Shown: positions 51,575 through 60,850 of the stretch, piece by piece
How positions within the stretch are numbered: position 1 is the first letter of the stretch
How the letters are laid out: each line of letters begins with the position of its first letter
Origin: Candidatus Hermodarchaeota archaeon
GTDB lineage: Archaea > Asgardarchaeota > Lokiarchaeia > Sigyniarchaeales > SOKP01
Direction: 5' to 3'
Length of the DNA: 64,000 nucleotides
NCBI GenBank assembly: GCA_048885535.1
Contig: JBHLLO010000001.1
Location: forward strand, 32,001-96,000
The notes under the pieces: generated by a model
Told to the model about the DNA's origin: nothing
Databases searched by the model: none
Seen by the model: only the letters and a program-made list of their open reading frames with translations
Translations under genes and position numbers: made by a program

Positions 51575-52150
51575 TTATGATTCTTTTGCAGTAAATTTAG
51601 CTAATATGAAAGTAAAGATTACCATAATAATTCCTGTAATTAAATATATTAATCGCCAGTAGATCAATCCAAAATAATTGAATATCAAAAATGAAACTAT
51701 TATATATAACCCTACTATAATCAATGTTGTTATTACCTTAGTGTTAGTTTCCTGTCCCAAAAACACATCTTCTGCAATGAATTTCATAGTTACTGGTATC
51801 GTAAATCCAAATAGCGCACCACTTAATATAGTTAAAATTATATAGATTTCAAGCATACTTCCAACAGCTAAATAAATTAGAATTAGGCTCGTTATCATTA
51901 AACTTATTAGTACAGTTAATTTATTGGAAATCTTTTCTATGTATCTAATAGTTAGTAAAAAGACGAATACAAAGATAATAAATGACATTGTGGTATAAGT
52001 TGCTATCATCTCGATGTTCATAAACCAAGAGTAATAGTACTCGGGAATAATAGGAGATGTAAATGAAAAAAACGTATAAATCGGTCCCAAAAGCACGCTA
52101 TAAAGCATAATTAGCTTGGCAACAAAATTAATAATATTTTTATTATTCAT
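51575..52150 (-). CDS. Hypothetical membrane protein (half-MFS-like, about 6 TM)
   Basis: Hydrophobic helices, WRLIYLITG. Confidence 0.6.
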   Translation of the reverse strand: MNNKNIINFVAKLIMLYSVLLGPIYTFFSFTSPIIPEYYYSWFMNIEMIATYTTMSFIIFVFVFLLTIRYIEKISNKLTVLISLMITSLILIYLAVGSMLEIYIILTILSGALFGFTIPVTMKFIAEDVFLGQETNTKVITTLIIVGLYIIVSFLIFNYFGLIYWRLIYLITGIIMVIFTFILAKFTAKES

Positions 52151-52250
52151 AGAAATTATTTATGTTAAATTCTTTATATTTTTTTTTGAAAATATGAAGA
52201 GTTACTATTTACTAGTAAAAGTTTATAAAGTTTTTAATATACAAATTATT

Positions 52251-54257
52251 ATGTCTAATCGATTAAATTTAAGAATTTCTGTCATCTTAATAGTTCTTGG
52301 TATTGGTTTAATACCAACAGCATATTTAATCAGTGGATACATGCGAGATCAAGCTAACGCTGAGATTCCTAGAACGTTATTGTTAATTAATGATGGAGCA
52401 ACAAAATATATTGAAGATAATTATATAGGTGTCGGAATACCTGAATTACTTGAGGAAATTAAAGATGATCAAATAAATTATATTGATACTACTCTTGTCA
52501 GAGTGGGTAAAATCCCTTTCTTCGCACTAATGATAAGAGAGAATATGCTCGATGATTTACCTGAATTGATAAACAGTTCTGGTGCAGCGCGAAAAATTAG
52601 TGATTTAATTAACGTAATTGTTGATGAAAATTCAACAACTGAAGCTTTTGCTAGAAGAGAATTCTTTAATAATTATACACTTCAAGATAATTATTCAACT
52701 TCTCTCGAAGGTATCTCAGAATATTCTTTAGGGAGTACAACATTTAACTTTACAAATGCAGCTGTAACTAGGATATTGGATGGCTATAATGACTATCCAG
52801 GCTTGATTGAAGACCCTGAATTAGGTCTTGGTGTTTTAGATTGGCTAGAGTTTTATGATTTAGCAGAAGCTAATATTAGTGATAATAGATCTTTGATGGA
52901 AGGTATATACAATTGTACATGGAGATCTGGACAATTACAAAATGTATCAAACTATATAAAAAGCTACTTATGGGATACTATTATTAAAGCAGAATATTTT
53001 CCCACTCCAATCGATGAATATGCACTTAATACATTTTATGCTCAATGGGCAAATTTGAGTTTTTATAACAATCGTCTTGAATTAAACCTTTTTATCGAAC
53101 CATTAAATACTTCTGTTTCTGGTATTGAAGTATTTTTTATAACAAACCTTGATTTAAATACATCGAAAAACCTTTGGAATTCAACAAATCCGTTATCATT
53201 CACTAATGAATCAGGGATATTTCGATGGTTTGAATCGTTTTTTAATGATATAAATGCTACAAATGAAATAAGATCTGAATTTGGTATCACACCTGCCCAA
53301 ACTGATGCAATTGAAGCGTGGTTGTTTTTAAGAATGAGAAATACTGTTTTGCCTCAACTTTCTAGTTTGCCTAAACCATATGGTTTTGGAATGACAATAC
53401 CCGAATACAGTGAGAGTTTATTCCTAGATCAATGGGCAAATGGCACACTTGATGAAACTGGATTTGAACTTGATGGAGGTATCAAAGGATTTGAAGTAGG
53501 TATTCCCACTAAAACAAACATATCATTAGAAATAGCAAAATCTCTTTTTGATACTACTAATAGTTCTGCTTTCATCAATTTAGACGGCATCCTATCTTGG
53601 GTGAAAGCTGAACAAGGAGATTTACCAGCTGAAAATGATTTAATTAATACTTTCAAGTTAAGTGGAGCACAATTTAATTTAATACTTACTTGGCTATTTA
53701 CCACTTTTAAAGATGATGTTTTACCAAACGTCCTTACATCAATTACAGGAAGAACTTTATATGAAATTGCTTATTATGCTACTCTACGTCAATGGGCTTT
53801 TGGAAATATTTTTGAGAGTGGTATCAACCTTTCAAACTATTCTTCCTCGGGGCTAAGTTTTGAAGGATGGGAAATTGGAATACCAACTGCCATTGATTTA
53901 AATTTTACTCAATTAGAGTACCTGTGGGATTCATCAAATGCTTTATCATTCGTTAATCGTCGAGGTATCTCAATTTGGCTCAAATCAATCGAAAATCAAG
54001 ATTATTATAATCAGTTAACTGTCAATGGGAAAGGTGAATTCAATTTAACTAATACAGAATATTTAGATATTTATAATTGGTTGATTTACACAAGAAATAA
54101 TTTTGTACTTTCTCAAATTCAAATAGAATCATTGTTTGATGTTGATATAGATACTTTAAGCGAATTATATCAAATGGGAATTCTAATCGGAGGAATTGTT
54201 TTCATTGCTGCTGGTATTTGTTTTGGTGTTTTAGGTTATTTTAGGAGAAAGCGTTAA
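52251..54257 (+). CDS. Two-TM surface glycoprotein with internal ~120-aa repeats
   Basis: Probable start ATG 52251 (ORF track start 52116 overlaps the opposite gene); N- and C-terminal TM helices, repeated QWA...G.E...LW..N..SF.N..GI..W, many NxS/T sequons. Confidence 0.75.
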   Translation: MSNRLNLRISVILIVLGIGLIPTAYLISGYMRDQANAEIPRTLLLINDGATKYIEDNYIGVGIPELLEEIKDDQINYIDTTLVRVGKIPFFALMIRENMLDDLPELINSSGAARKISDLINVIVDENSTTEAFARREFFNNYTLQDNYSTSLEGISEYSLGSTTFNFTNAAVTRILDGYNDYPGLIEDPELGLGVLDWLEFYDLAEANISDNRSLMEGIYNCTWRSGQLQNVSNYIKSYLWDTIIKAEYFPTPIDEYALNTFYAQWANLSFYNNRLELNLFIEPLNTSVSGIEVFFITNLDLNTSKNLWNSTNPLSFTNESGIFRWFESFFNDINATNEIRSEFGITPAQTDAIEAWLFLRMRNTVLPQLSSLPKPYGFGMTIPEYSESLFLDQWANGTLDETGFELDGGIKGFEVGIPTKTNISLEIAKSLFDTTNSSAFINLDGILSWVKAEQGDLPAENDLINTFKLSGAQFNLILTWLFTTFKDDVLPNVLTSITGRTLYEIAYYATLRQWAFGNIFESGINLSNYSSSGLSFEGWEIGIPTAIDLNFTQLEYLWDSSNALSFVNRRGISIWLKSIENQDYYNQLTVNGKGEFNLTNTEYLDIYNWLIYTRNNFVLSQIQIESLFDVDIDTLSELYQMGILIGGIVFIAAGICFGVLGYFRRKR

Positions 54258-54339
54258 AATATAAAAATATCAAAAGAATTACAGCTAATTTTTATTTTTT
54301 TTCTGACTTTTCTAATTTTTAAAACGAGAAGATAACAAA

Positions 54340-54363
54340 TAAATTTAGTTTAAACTAAATTTA
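54340..54363. repeat. Perfect 24-bp palindrome between convergent genes
   Basis: TAAATTTAGTTTAAACTAAATTTA is its own reverse complement. Confidence 0.75.
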
Positions 54364-54393
54364 AAGAAAAAATATAATTAGGAATTAGGAATT

Positions 54394-55689
54394 CTATTCA
54401 ATGCTAATTCCATACTTTTTAAAAATTTTAATCAATTCTTCTCCAGCTAATAGTTTCATAATATCTTCCATTGGAGCCAATACTTCATCTTTCCTGGTTC
54501 GTCTATTTTTACTTATTCTTCCTTCCTTTACCTCAAAAGCAGATTGACTCCAAGAACTTTCATCATTAAACGTAAACCATATTTCCCTATATGCTCCTTC
54601 CTGACCACCATTTCTGGCTAATGGTTTTTCTTCAATGGTAACCTCGGGATCTTGTAAATAACACCAATCTAGAATAACCCATTCTAATTTCCTCTCAGAT
54701 TCGGGCCTATCTGCAAGATAGATACAATAAGCATGACCTCCAAGTTCCGAATCAGAGGGTGCAAAAACAGGGTCTGCCATAACTTGAGCTGCACACACCT
54801 TAACACGCCATGAGGGGATTCCCGCATTGATTAATAAACTGGCAATAAGAATTGCACCATCTTCACAATCTCCAATTTCAGACTGTATAGATTCAAATGG
54901 GAATTGCCAAAATTCAGGACAATCTTCAGTTTCATCATCATATTTATATTTGAGAAAGTTGCATACAAAGTTTTGTATCATGAAAGCAGTTTCATTAGGG
55001 GTTTCCTTCCTTAAACCAACTTGAGTTATAACATGCCAGAGGATGGCATCATCTTTTTTTATAAAAGTTTTTACATCTGCATCAATTTGTTTACTATATG
55101 ATTTACCTCTCAACGCTCTCCCAGTGTAAATAATTGGCGCTTTTTCCCATTTATTCTCCCAATATTCTGGACCGTATTGACCATACTCTTTCTCAAAAAC
55201 TTCAATAGGTTTATAGTCTGGTATTATTGGAATACTTGGAGCTGTAGGTTCAATTATTGTTGGTTTCTTTTTTACTTTTTCATCTTTTTTTGGTATTTCA
55301 GCCAGGCTTTTTGCTTCATCTATCCATTTTTGGATTTCTTTTTGAGCAGGAACTTTTGTAAGACTATTTGGTCTTTCAACTTTTAATTTTTTTAGTTTTT
55401 CAAAAGTAGTTTTTGGGTTTCTATAGGCAAATTCTTTAACCGAATCAATCCCTATTAGATTTAAGGCATTAGCTAATTCTGGATCAACTCCAGTTATTCG
55501 CATTAAATCTGCATGTTCTTGCCAAGTATCTAGTGTTCTGACTGAAACCCCTATACTTCTTGCTAGTTGCTTTATTTGATATGCTGTTAATGGGAGTAAA
55601 TCTTCGACTTCTTTAATCCCGGCTTTCGCTAATAGTTGGGCATGTTTCTCTTCCAAACCAATAATATCAGTTAATTTCATTTCACTCAC
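54394..55689 (-). CDS. DUF4332 (HhH) domain fused to transglutaminase-like Cys-His-Asp protease
   Basis: IIGLEEKHAQLLAKAGI and DLMRITGVDPELANALNLIGIDSV HhH repeats; GDCEDGA, GHAY, ILDW. Confidence 0.8.
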   Translation of the reverse strand: MSEMKLTDIIGLEEKHAQLLAKAGIKEVEDLLPLTAYQIKQLARSIGVSVRTLDTWQEHADLMRITGVDPELANALNLIGIDSVKEFAYRNPKTTFEKLKKLKVERPNSLTKVPAQKEIQKWIDEAKSLAEIPKKDEKVKKKPTIIEPTAPSIPIIPDYKPIEVFEKEYGQYGPEYWENKWEKAPIIYTGRALRGKSYSKQIDADVKTFIKKDDAILWHVITQVGLRKETPNETAFMIQNFVCNFLKYKYDDETEDCPEFWQFPFESIQSEIGDCEDGAILIASLLINAGIPSWRVKVCAAQVMADPVFAPSDSELGGHAYCIYLADRPESERKLEWVILDWCYLQDPEVTIEEKPLARNGGQEGAYREIWFTFNDESSWSQSAFEVKEGRISKNRRTRKDEVLAPMEDIMKLLAGEELIKIFKKYGISIE

Positions 55690-55890
55690 TCCTTAATATA
55701 TTTCGTTAGTTAAAATGATTTTGATTAGTATTTATATTTGCGTCTTATTTTTTAACTTTTTTCTAAAAAAATAAAACAAAATATTTGCTTTACAATGAAG
55801 GATAAAAAAATTAAAAAGATTAAAAATATTATTTTTAGCAAATAATAATTGGTAAAGAGTTATAATAAGACAATTCGAACTAAAAATTAA

Positions 55891-56069
55891 GGCGGGATTA
55901 CCGAGTCTGGTCAATGGTTGCGTCTAAGAATGGGTCAAGACCGATTATAGGTGCTGGACTTAAGGACTAACTTAGTTATGGAAGTATAGTGAAGTAATCC
56001 AGTGGCAATAACAGTTAAGTTAAAGCTCTTGCCAAGAGGCCTTCGGGAGTTCAAATCTCCCTCCCGCCA
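55891..56069 (+). tRNA. tRNA-Leu(UAA) with three introns (55915-55948, 55965-55996, 56009-56036)
   Basis: Acceptor GGCGGGA/TCCCGCC-A, T arm GGGAG-TTCAAAT-CTCCC, anticodon stem CTGGA/TCCAG with TAA at 55961-63; removing three BHB-flanked inserts gives an 85-nt type II tRNA. Confidence 0.88.
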
Positions 56070-56283
56070 TCTTTTTCAATTTTTATTAATAGGCTTATTT
56101 AAACTAATATTAAGTTTAACTTCAAATATTAAGGCTCAATTTTAATCCTTTTTAACAGGTAATCATAAACAGATATATTTCTTATATTATACAAGTTAAC
56201 ATTAAAATTTAGTAGAAAATATATAGTAAAAATAAAAATAAATAAATAATAGCAAGATATTAAAATTATATCATAAGAAATAA

Positions 56284-56694
56284 TTGTGTATTTTAATTCA
56301 CAAAGAGGTTTATAATTTGCCTGTTGGGATTTTAGTAATTCGATGGGATAATGAGATTGGTCCAATAAACGAAGGATTTTATCCAGATAACTTGAAAATT
56401 ACCAATAACCTACTTACACAAGTATATTCATCACATAGATACCAGAGCTTAAAACCGGGGTTCGCAAGTATTGCCCTAAAGAACAATAAGGTCGTTTCTT
56501 TTTTCTCTGGAGTTGGTACAGATCATATAAGTGTTGAAAATTATGTTGTTGCTCTTTTACTCAGAAGAGATGAGAAACCCAATAAATACAGAGAAATATT
56601 AAAAACAATTGCTGCTGAAATCTTAGATAAAATACCTGATGGTAAATTTAAAAAAGTCTTACCCGATTTGTATAAAGATTTAGCAAAAATATAA
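56284..56694 (+). CDS. Longin/uDENN-like domain protein
   Basis: GILVIRWDNEIGP...FYP beta-hairpin motif, VVSFF, YVVALLL, C-terminal helices; probable start is TTG near 56317 after GAGG. Confidence 0.65.
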   Translation: MCILIHKEVYNLPVGILVIRWDNEIGPINEGFYPDNLKITNNLLTQVYSSHRYQSLKPGFASIALKNNKVVSFFSGVGTDHISVENYVVALLLRRDEKPNKYREILKTIAAEILDKIPDGKFKKVLPDLYKDLAKI

Positions 56695-56710
56695 ACTTTT
56701 AATTAAAACA

Positions 56711-57748
56711 TTAAGAGATTTGAACTTTTTTTAAGGAAATCTTACCAGTTTCATCTAATTCAATAAGATCTACACTTTTTAATTTTTCAACAAGCCTTCT
56801 AACTAAAACTATTGGAGAACCAAGTGCGTTTCTTAAATCATCTATACTCATCGAGCCAACTTTTTCAATTATTAAAAATGCTTTAAATTGTGCTTCTTGT
56901 TCCATTAGATCAGCAAGTTTATCGAAATAAACAATCTTTTTCATATTTTCATTCTTAAATTTATCCACTTCGTCAACCCTTTCCTGTAGTTGCCGAATTA
57001 ATGTTTCTGCGGCTCTCTTTTCATCTCTTAGTTGTTCTACCTTATTAATCAATTCTTCATATTTTCTATGAATTTCTTCGAATCTAGACTTTACATCCTT
57101 AGCTTCAGATGTAGCTTCTGTTGATACCAATTTAAAATCTAAAAGGAATTTATCTAACTCGGCAATTTTAGAAGTTAATTCTTTTTTTTCTTCAAAATGT
57201 TCTTTTTTCATTCTTTCGAGTTCATTTTTCCATTTTTGATCCATATCAGACAAGAGTTTCACTTGCTCATCTTGAAGTTTGTCAGCAAAAGCCTGAATTT
57301 CTTGAACTTTATTTTCAAGATTCTTAAGGCTCTCATCTTTTAATAATAATTCACTATTCTTTTCTGCTATTTCTGCCTTTAGGTTTCCTATTGTTTCAAA
57401 AGCTTCTTCAAGTTTTCTATGAGTAGGTATATTTTGCTTTTTGGAAAAATCAAGTTCTCGTTGAGCTTCTAAAGCGGTACCCTTCGCTAATTCTAATTCT
57501 CTTTCTTTTTCATTAATAATAGCCCTCTGTGTTCCAATTAATTCTTTTAATTCCAAGACATCATCTGGAATATCATACATTTTAGAAATCTTCGCCTTTT
57601 GGTCTTTTATTATATTTTCTTGATCTGCAATAACCCTTTTTTGTTTTTCAATTAATTCAGTTAACCTATCAATTTTTGCATGCAAAGATGCAGTTTCTTT
57701 CTCACTTGATTCGATTTCATCAATAATATTTTTTAAATCCTTAGGCAT
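56711..57748 (-). CDS. Long coiled-coil protein with C-terminal winged helix
   Basis: ~280 aa heptads, then MSIDDLRNALGSPIVLVRRLVEKLKSVDLIELDETG. Confidence 0.75.
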   Translation of the reverse strand: MPKDLKNIIDEIESSEKETASLHAKIDRLTELIEKQKRVIADQENIIKDQKAKISKMYDIPDDVLELKELIGTQRAIINEKERELELAKGTALEAQRELDFSKKQNIPTHRKLEEAFETIGNLKAEIAEKNSELLLKDESLKNLENKVQEIQAFADKLQDEQVKLLSDMDQKWKNELERMKKEHFEEKKELTSKIAELDKFLLDFKLVSTEATSEAKDVKSRFEEIHRKYEELINKVEQLRDEKRAAETLIRQLQERVDEVDKFKNENMKKIVYFDKLADLMEQEAQFKAFLIIEKVGSMSIDDLRNALGSPIVLVRRLVEKLKSVDLIELDETGKISLKKVQIS

Positions 57749-58016
57749 TGTAAAATAACTCTCTAAATTTATGTAAAAGATTAAATTGGCGTCTTTTAAA
57801 TAAAAACTGACTTATAATATTTTAATTATTAAAGATAATTAATATTAATAGAGAGATAATAAATTTAATTTATATATTTATCGAAGTGATAAATTAAAAT
57901 CATCCATGGTGTAAAAAAAGATTACAGCCTATTATTTTAAATCTGATCAAATTAATTCTTTTATCCTTATTTCATATAAGTATCTAAAAAGTAAAAAAAG
58001 AATTAAACTGGAGGAA

Positions 58017-58511
58017 TTGACTATAGTCAAAAATCAAAAAGAAGCAGATGAATATATCATCTCACGAAACCTTAATAAAAGTTCCCAAGTTAACCCTAAT
58101 GAACTCATTATTCTTTCTCAAATAGAGAAACTGATTACAACCTATCTAAAAGGTACAAAACTTAACTTATATGAAGAAATTTTAAAATTAGATGTTGACC
58201 TAGGTATAAAAGACAAATTTAAAACCGAGTTTTCTCAAAAAGTCGTAAATGTTCTTCTCAATGTTAAATCTGGAGAAATAACAACATATTTTAATATTGG
58301 GAAAAAAATTCAATCTAAAGCCTTTCGTGCGATAGGAAATGTTTGTAAAGCAAATCCAATACCTCTAATAATTCCTTGCCATCGTGTTTTAAGAAAGAAT
58401 GGAGAAATTGGAGGTTTTATGGGAAAATCTGACAAAACATGGGAAACTTCTCTCAAAAAAACCTTATTAAGAATAGAAGGATATAAAGTAAAAAATTCGC
58501 CTTATGATTAA
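58017..58511 (+). CDS. ogt: Methylated-DNA--protein-cysteine methyltransferase
   Basis: TTY, RAIGN, NPIPLIIPCHRV active site. Confidence 0.9.
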   Translation: MTIVKNQKEADEYIISRNLNKSSQVNPNELIILSQIEKLITTYLKGTKLNLYEEILKLDVDLGIKDKFKTEFSQKVVNVLLNVKSGEITTYFNIGKKIQSKAFRAIGNVCKANPIPLIIPCHRVLRKNGEIGGFMGKSDKTWETSLKKTLLRIEGYKVKNSPYD

Positions 58512-58551
58512 ACGAAATTAATATATTAATTTACACCTTTTATTTAATATT

Positions 58552-59745
58552 ATGGTAGATATATCTCCTATTAGACCATATATTCCTATTAATCCAGAGG
58601 AATTTTGTACCAATCCTTATGATGTAATTACTAAAGAAGAAGAATATGAACTAAAGAGAATCCCTAATTCTTTGATTCACTTAATTTTACCTGATGGAAA
58701 AAATGATGAAGTTTATCGAAATGCTGCTAAAGCCTATAGTTATTTTAAAGAAAATAAAATCATTGAACGTGAGGAAAAGTCAAGTATCTTCGTATATCGT
58801 CAAGAATCGGCTCAATTTTGTCATCAAGGTTTAATTATGGGGGTTTCTCTTCGAGATTATGAAGATGGTAACATATTAATACATGAGTACACACGCGAAA
58901 AACCTCTTAAAGACAGAACAAATCATATTGTCGCCACTAATGTAGCTGCAGGATTAGTTTGGACTGTTTTTCAAGCCAATAGAGAGATAAATGCTTTAAT
59001 TGAGCAAATAAAACAAAAAAAATCAAGATTCCAATTTATGAAATATGGATACAAACATATACTTTGGCAAGAAGCTGATTCTAACACAATTCAGAAACTA
59101 ATAGAGCTATTTCGTAGTAAAAGAATATATATTGCTGATGGACATCACCGTGCAGCAAGTGCAGCGGAATATCGTAAGTTGCAATTACGAGATAATAATG
59201 AAATTAAAGAGGCCTCTTGGCAATATTTATTATCTTATGTTGCTTCAGATGACCAAATACAGATATTACCCTATAACCGAGTTATTAAAAAATTAGTTTT
59301 ATCAGAGAAGGAGTTCTTAAAAAGGATTGAAAAAAACTTTAAAATAATTTCAATGAATAATGCTTTTAATCCAGAAAAAAAGAATGAGATAGCAATTTGT
59401 TTAAAAGGTAAGTGGTATAAATTATTAGTTAAAAATAAAAACTTTAAAACTAAACGAGAAAGTTTGGATGTTGCTATTATTCAGGATACGTTTTTAGAAC
59501 CGGTTTTAAAGATTAAAGATCCTCGTTCAGATGAGAACTTATTTTTTATAGGAGGTATACAAGATCCAAAGGAAATGGAGAAATTTGTGACAGATAAAGG
59601 TAATGATTTGTTTATTAACTTATATCCTGTAGATATAAGAGATTTAGAACTAATTGCAGAGAATGGAGGTATAATGCCCCCAAAATCAACTTATTTCTCT
59701 CCTAAACTACTTTCAGGATTGATCTTACACGATCTGACTTATTAA
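58552..59745 (+). CDS. DUF1015 family protein
   Basis: PYDVI, HEYT, YIADGHHRAASA, MPPKSTYFSPKLLSGL. Confidence 0.9.
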   Translation: MVDISPIRPYIPINPEEFCTNPYDVITKEEEYELKRIPNSLIHLILPDGKNDEVYRNAAKAYSYFKENKIIEREEKSSIFVYRQESAQFCHQGLIMGVSLRDYEDGNILIHEYTREKPLKDRTNHIVATNVAAGLVWTVFQANREINALIEQIKQKKSRFQFMKYGYKHILWQEADSNTIQKLIELFRSKRIYIADGHHRAASAAEYRKLQLRDNNEIKEASWQYLLSYVASDDQIQILPYNRVIKKLVLSEKEFLKRIEKNFKIISMNNAFNPEKKNEIAICLKGKWYKLLVKNKNFKTKRESLDVAIIQDTFLEPVLKIKDPRSDENLFFIGGIQDPKEMEKFVTDKGNDLFINLYPVDIRDLELIAENGGIMPPKSTYFSPKLLSGLILHDLTY

Positions 59746-59756
59746 AAAATAATAGA

Positions 59757-60689
59757 TTATAAGTTTTTTAGAAAGTTTGACATTTTTTCTGCTATCATAG
59801 TAGCTGCGACAGTTTGATTTTCAATACTCTGAGAGGCAATATGGGGAGTAAGTATGAGATTTTCATCCCATTCTATTAATTCTTGATTTTTTAAGGGTTC
59901 TTCATGATATACATCAAGAGCAGCACCAGCGATATCTTTATTTTTCAATGCCTTCAATAAAGCCTTCTCGTCAATTAAATTGCCTCTTGCTGTATTAATC
60001 AATATTGCATCTTTCCTCATTAACTTTAATCGCTCTTCATTGATTGTATTTTCAGTTTGGGGTGAAGAAGGAAGATGCAATGAGATAATCTGAGCCTCTT
60101 TTAGTAAATCTTCAATTGAAGGATAAATAGAACATCCAATATTTTTCGCTTCATCAATAGCTACTTGACCCTTACTAAATCTAGAATAAACTCCAACATC
60201 CATACCTAAAGCAATTGAAATTTTTGCCAGATGTTTAGCTATATTTCCAAATCCTACTAAACCAAGTTTTTTCCCGTTTAATGTGTATCCTAAACATTCA
60301 TTTTTATTCCACTGTGCTTCATGAGTTGTTCGATCAGCATATGAAATTTTTCTTGCTAAAGCAAGCATCAATCCTAGTGCAAATTCTGCAACTGAAACAG
60401 CTGGAGCTTCAGGAGTATTTAAAACTTCAATATTCATTTCAGCTGCCTTTTTTCGATCCACATTATCTAAGCCAACTCCTGCTCTGCCAATAACTTTAAG
60501 ATTTTTGGCGTTTTCTAAAACATCAGCAGTTAATTTTGTTCTTGAACGAACTACTATACCATCATAATCTCCTATTTCCTGTTTCAACTCTTCTTTGGTA
60601 ATTGTAAACTTTTTAATAACTTCAAATCCATTATCCTCAAATATCTTGATACCCTCTTCTTGAAGTTCATCACTAATTAATATTTTCAT
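59757..60689 (-). CDS. serA: D-3-phosphoglycerate dehydrogenase-like D-2-hydroxyacid dehydrogenase (no ACT domain)
   Basis: VRSRTK, RAGVGLDNVD, GFGNIA, INTARG, DVYHEEP, TPHIA. Confidence 0.8.
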   Translation of the reverse strand: MKILISDELQEEGIKIFEDNGFEVIKKFTITKEELKQEIGDYDGIVVRSRTKLTADVLENAKNLKVIGRAGVGLDNVDRKKAAEMNIEVLNTPEAPAVSVAEFALGLMLALARKISYADRTTHEAQWNKNECLGYTLNGKKLGLVGFGNIAKHLAKISIALGMDVGVYSRFSKGQVAIDEAKNIGCSIYPSIEDLLKEAQIISLHLPSSPQTENTINEERLKLMRKDAILINTARGNLIDEKALLKALKNKDIAGAALDVYHEEPLKNQELIEWDENLILTPHIASQSIENQTVAATMIAEKMSNFLKNL

Positions 60690-60850
60690 TTACATCACAT
60701 AGAATAATTTTAATTAGATTGAATACATTTTTTAGTTTTCAAGTCTATATAGAGTTTTTGATATTTTAACTATCCTCATTTCAAATTATAAAGCAGTAAT
60801 TGAAAAAAATAAAGTAGATAGAGTCTAAAGTTTTATCCATTGATTTGCTT

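Noticed and set aside
52116-52250. N-terminal extension of the 713-aa ORF
   Set aside because: It overlaps the opposite-strand gene start and reads like AT-rich promoter DNA; ATG 52251 is more plausible
55891-56069. tRNA-Sec or a tRNA-derived integration scar
   Set aside because: The anticodon is TAA with a 7-bp acceptor stem and Leu-type arms; I saw no duplicated tRNA 3' end or integrase in the window
747-60493. Many short ORFs in the supplied track lying antisense to or inside longer genes (for example 747-932, 3106-3354, 14552-14896, 43750-44118, 53429-53704)
   Set aside because: Shadow ORFs of well-supported genes, with no motifs of their own
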